Positions 60,793 through 64,000 of a DNA stretch of 64,000 nucleotides are shown here, piece by piece. The notes beneath the pieces are model-generated. The model was not told the origin of the DNA. It searched no databases and worked only from the letters and a program-made list of their open reading frames with translations. The DNA is from Patellaria atrata CBS 101060. Taxonomy: Eukaryota. The position numbers were made by a program, and so were the translations under genes. Numbering within the stretch: the first letter of the stretch is position 1; each line of letters begins with the position of its first letter. The stretch lies in the NCBI GenBank assembly GCA_010093705.1, contig MU006092.1:192623-256622 (forward strand), given 5' to 3'.

Positions 60793-61786
60793 TTTGACGT
60801 CTTTATATGTGTGTTGCTTCCTAGAGAGTGTGTTGAATATAATCAAAGTACTAATTTGGGGTAGACGCGGTTTGCTCGATCACGAAAGCGAAGCGGGACA
60901 AAGAGCTTGGTGTCGAGCTTGCTCGAACCTCCTGAGTAAACCCATACACTTCCTTTTTACACATAATACCGACAATTCGTTAAATTCTGAAAGCGAGTCC
61001 TTGCCTTTTAGAAGTATCTAAAGGCGTTGATATAATAACTCTGCAACATAGCTCAAAATCAGCTTCCAAATTGCCTTACCCCTTTTCAACCTCGCGTCTA
61101 CAGTTAACTGCGCAGTGAAGAGATATATAGCTTTTGCTACAGTGCGCCTCAACCACTATAAAGGATACCAGGCGAATCCAATCCAGAGCTATAATAGCTT
61201 ATCATAAAGCGTAACTCATAAGCTCTGATATTATGTTATTCCGAGTTGTACCAAGGGGGATCACTGTTCTTGAGACGGCAGGTACCATCTAAACCTAAAA
61301 CTAAAAGGTATAAAGGCAATGCGCCCACTATTTTGAGCTTTGGTATATGCTAAGGCTTATAACTTCTGTAGCATACCTAGTCTCTTAAGTAGAGACGCGA
61401 AGCGAGACGTGTTCTGGTATTGAGCTTGGCTTTGACCTTAACATAGCCTCCTTTCAAATGTTGTTCTTTTACCTTAATAGTACTGATCCTCACCGACCTG
61501 TATTAATGTATCTGTGCCTGCTAATCGATTGAATTCTGTAATAGGATGCTGTCCCCGTGAAAAGGGTCCTGACTTATCCACATATCCAGTTCAGAACCTC
61601 CGAATCCGCTATACAATGAATTAGATTTCAGATCGGCGGCCAACCGTAATAGAAAATTCCTGTGCCTACAGTGATAAGGGATGTCTTTAACTATTCGCAA
61701 ACGAGAGCATTCGCTGTCTTTCAAGTATGTATCAAGACCTAGTATCCATACGGACTGTGTCCATACAGTAGCTTATTAATGTATAG

Positions 61787-62459
61787 GTCACGGTACAGTT
61801 GGTGCGGAGATGACCGTTGTACTCGTAGGCGCTGGGCAAGAACCTTTCTCGGTTCACAGAAAGTTGATCTGTCACTACTGGGTATTGGGATAGGGCGCTT
61901 AACGGTCGCTTTATGGAAGCATCCAAGAACGAACAAGAAATTAGAGGCACGAGCATACTAACATTCAATAGTTTCATGGACTGGCTATACACTCAAACAG
62001 TACCCGAAAATATCTCGGTCTTTGGCACTGTATTATTACACCGTTTTGCGGACGAGCACGACATTCCTCAGCTTCGGCGCGCAACGTAGAACTGCTATAT
62101 CATCAGAGATACCTGGCCCCTTCCTCAAACATGGCCAGTATCCTTAAATGGCTCCTTCGGAGTCTCCTTTATTTAAATTACTTATGGATACATATATCGA
62201 TAACTGGGATCCTTCCAAAGATAACGCCAAGCAAATCCCTGCACGGCGTGACTTACCCCCGAGGTATACAATTAAAGCAATGGTGGCATGCGCTACTGAC
62301 AGACTTTCCAATGATGCTGTACGAAAACAACGTCTTAACCCCCTGAATGAATATATCGATGTAGAGAACAACTGGGGGAATATCTGTGAGCAGAAGAGTC
62401 GCAAGAAACGGAAGAGGCATCTGGAAGAAAGCATGTCCACAACCTCTTCTCCCACCTAG
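61787..62459 (+). pseudogene. Frameshifted BTB/POZ-domain gene
   Basis: EMTVVLVGAGQEPFSVHRKLICHY, then after a frameshift GYWDRALNGRFMEASKNE..FNSFMDWLYTQ..LHRFADEHDIPQLRR, then further shifts to APSESPLFKLLMDTY. A possible upstream exon starts at ATG 61681 with a GTATGT donor at 61725. Confidence 0.8.
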
Positions 62460-62570
62460 CTTCTATTCTGTTTATCTACTCGAGGAAGGGTCAAGGGATT
62501 GTTCGTAGCCTCACATGTAACTTGGCGGGATTACTTTCACCAGCATCTGTCAGAGCACAAATCAAAGTTT

Positions 62571-62765
62571 GGCGAGACTCCAACTCCGCGACTCCGTACA
62601 GACACAACACTGAGAGAATGATGTTCCACACATAGACCAAGCGAGTATACCATCTCTCTTGGTCCTGGTACAAGTGACAATCTGATTCTGGCACGACTCC
62701 ATGACTCCGTACAGACATAACACTAAGACAATGATGTTCCACACATAGGCCAATTGAGTACCACT
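62571..62765. repeat. Direct duplication of a ~65-75-bp segment, period 113 bp
   Basis: GACTCCGTACAGACACAACACTGAGAGAATGATGTTCCACACATAGACCAA at 62590 versus GACTCCGTACAGACATAACACTAAGACAATGATGTTCCACACATAGGCCAA at 62703. Confidence 0.9.
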
Positions 62766-63479
62766 ATTTACCGTGGTTTCCGTCTAGATAACGTTTCAGT
62801 TCCTGCACAGCGTTTGTTTCGTACAGTACATCAATCGTTTAGGCTTAGATAGTAGGCTAGGGGATGGATTACCTACTCTTATATTTTATATGATTATGCT
62901 ATATCTTTTTATTTTTACATTCGCTTTTGTACTGTAACGTTAACTGTAGTACTACTGTACTTACATGCGCCGGACCCATACCCTCACTCTTGTCGGGGCC
63001 TTTTAAGGAGTAATAAGTCCCTATTGAAAGCGTACTTACTTCTATCACATCAATTCAAGAGTATACTTGGAGATATTTAATTCGATACATAACACCACTT
63101 CAGATACTTTGACTTAATACTGCACTGAATGTTAGGAGACAGAGAGCAATTTATACCCAGCTCTATATTCATATCACTACAGACTCTTTCCATCTCTAGA
63201 ACCTTATCCATATCCAACGAAGTTACCTACATGTTGTGAACCATCCACAAAAAGGATAATTCGATTAAGTGGCCCCGAAAAGGTATCAATATACCTTCCC
63301 CTTCCTCTCACACATCGCTAACCGTCACATGGAGCATCGACATCACTATACAGAAACGTTGAAAACGTCCCGAGGCCCCTTAAAGGCCTTGGACATCCAG
63401 GTGAAGAACTACCCTTTGTATATACTGACGTCGATAGCTTAGTTATATGTATGACTATTATTTCCCAATTAAATTACCT

Positions 63480-64000
63480 AACGAGCGAATAAGCAAACGA
63501 GTGAGCGAACGAACGAGCGAATCAACCAGCGAACAAGCAAGCAGCGAGCGAACGAATAAACTAGCTAGCCAGCGAACGAACGACCGAGCGCACCGGCCGG
63601 CGAACGAGTGAATCGAACAGCGAGCGAATGACGATCAAGTAATGTACGACGAACCCACGAGCGAGTGAATAAGCCGGTCAGCGAGCGAACAAGCCAGCCA
63701 TGGAGCGAATAAACTAGCCAACCAGCGAACGAATGAACCAGCGAGCGAATATAAGAAAGACCGAGCCAATATACGAACGAACGAACAAAGATATAAACGA
63801 GCGAGAGGACATAGGAGCGAACGAGAATATAAGTAAACGAGCGAACAAGCGAATAAATATACGAATATACGAGCGAACGAATATAGAAGCGAACGTATGA
63901 ACAAATAGACGAATCAGCGAACTAGGGACCGAATTAGCTAGCGAGCGAGCGAATAATAAAACCAACGAACGAATGAACGAGCGAACTAAGGAATAAGAGA
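63480..64000. repeat. Degenerate tetranucleotide-period repeat (ACGA/GCGA/ATAA/ACAA units), continuing past the window end
   Basis: Strongly strand-biased run such as GAGCGAACGAACGAGCGAATCAACCAGCGAACAAGC over more than 500 bp. Confidence 0.92.

Noticed and set aside
63635..63965. Hydrophobic membrane-like ORFs on the minus strand
   Set aside because: They are artefacts of the tetranucleotide repeat.

Overview
A 64-kb window of a filamentous ascomycete (Pezizomycotina) nuclear genome, probably Eurotiomycetes judging from protein style and short spliceosomal introns; the species cannot be fixed from sequence alone. It carries 14 recognisable protein genes, mostly housekeeping or regulatory, many needing manual splicing: NEM1, eIF2B-beta (GCD7), a CRAL-TRIO/BCH-RhoGAP, an Ecl1-family protein, a D-box-bearing disordered protein, a SIW14-type phosphatase, a DUF3984 protein, GPI10, a SAK1/Ssp1-type kinase, HLJ1, UFD2, the sulfur bZIP regulator metR/cys-3, CHL4/CENP-N and RTT106. 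It also has a frameshifted BTB/POZ pseudogene, an 18-bp minisatellite spanning an assembly gap, several short duplications and a degenerate tetramer repeat running off the right end. No CRISPR array, intact transposon or biosynthetic cluster is visible. The most interesting unexplained element is a ~100-nt RNA polymerase III-type unit at 58653-58788 (TATA, box A, box B, oligo-T). It folds as a vault-RNA-like panhandle rather than a tRNA cloverleaf. Other notable items are the 418-nt metR intron with an in-frame internal ATG, a GC-AG intron in RTT106, forkhead sites plus a D-box marking an uncharacterised gene as probably mitotic, and recurring CAGTA/TACTG clusters between genes.
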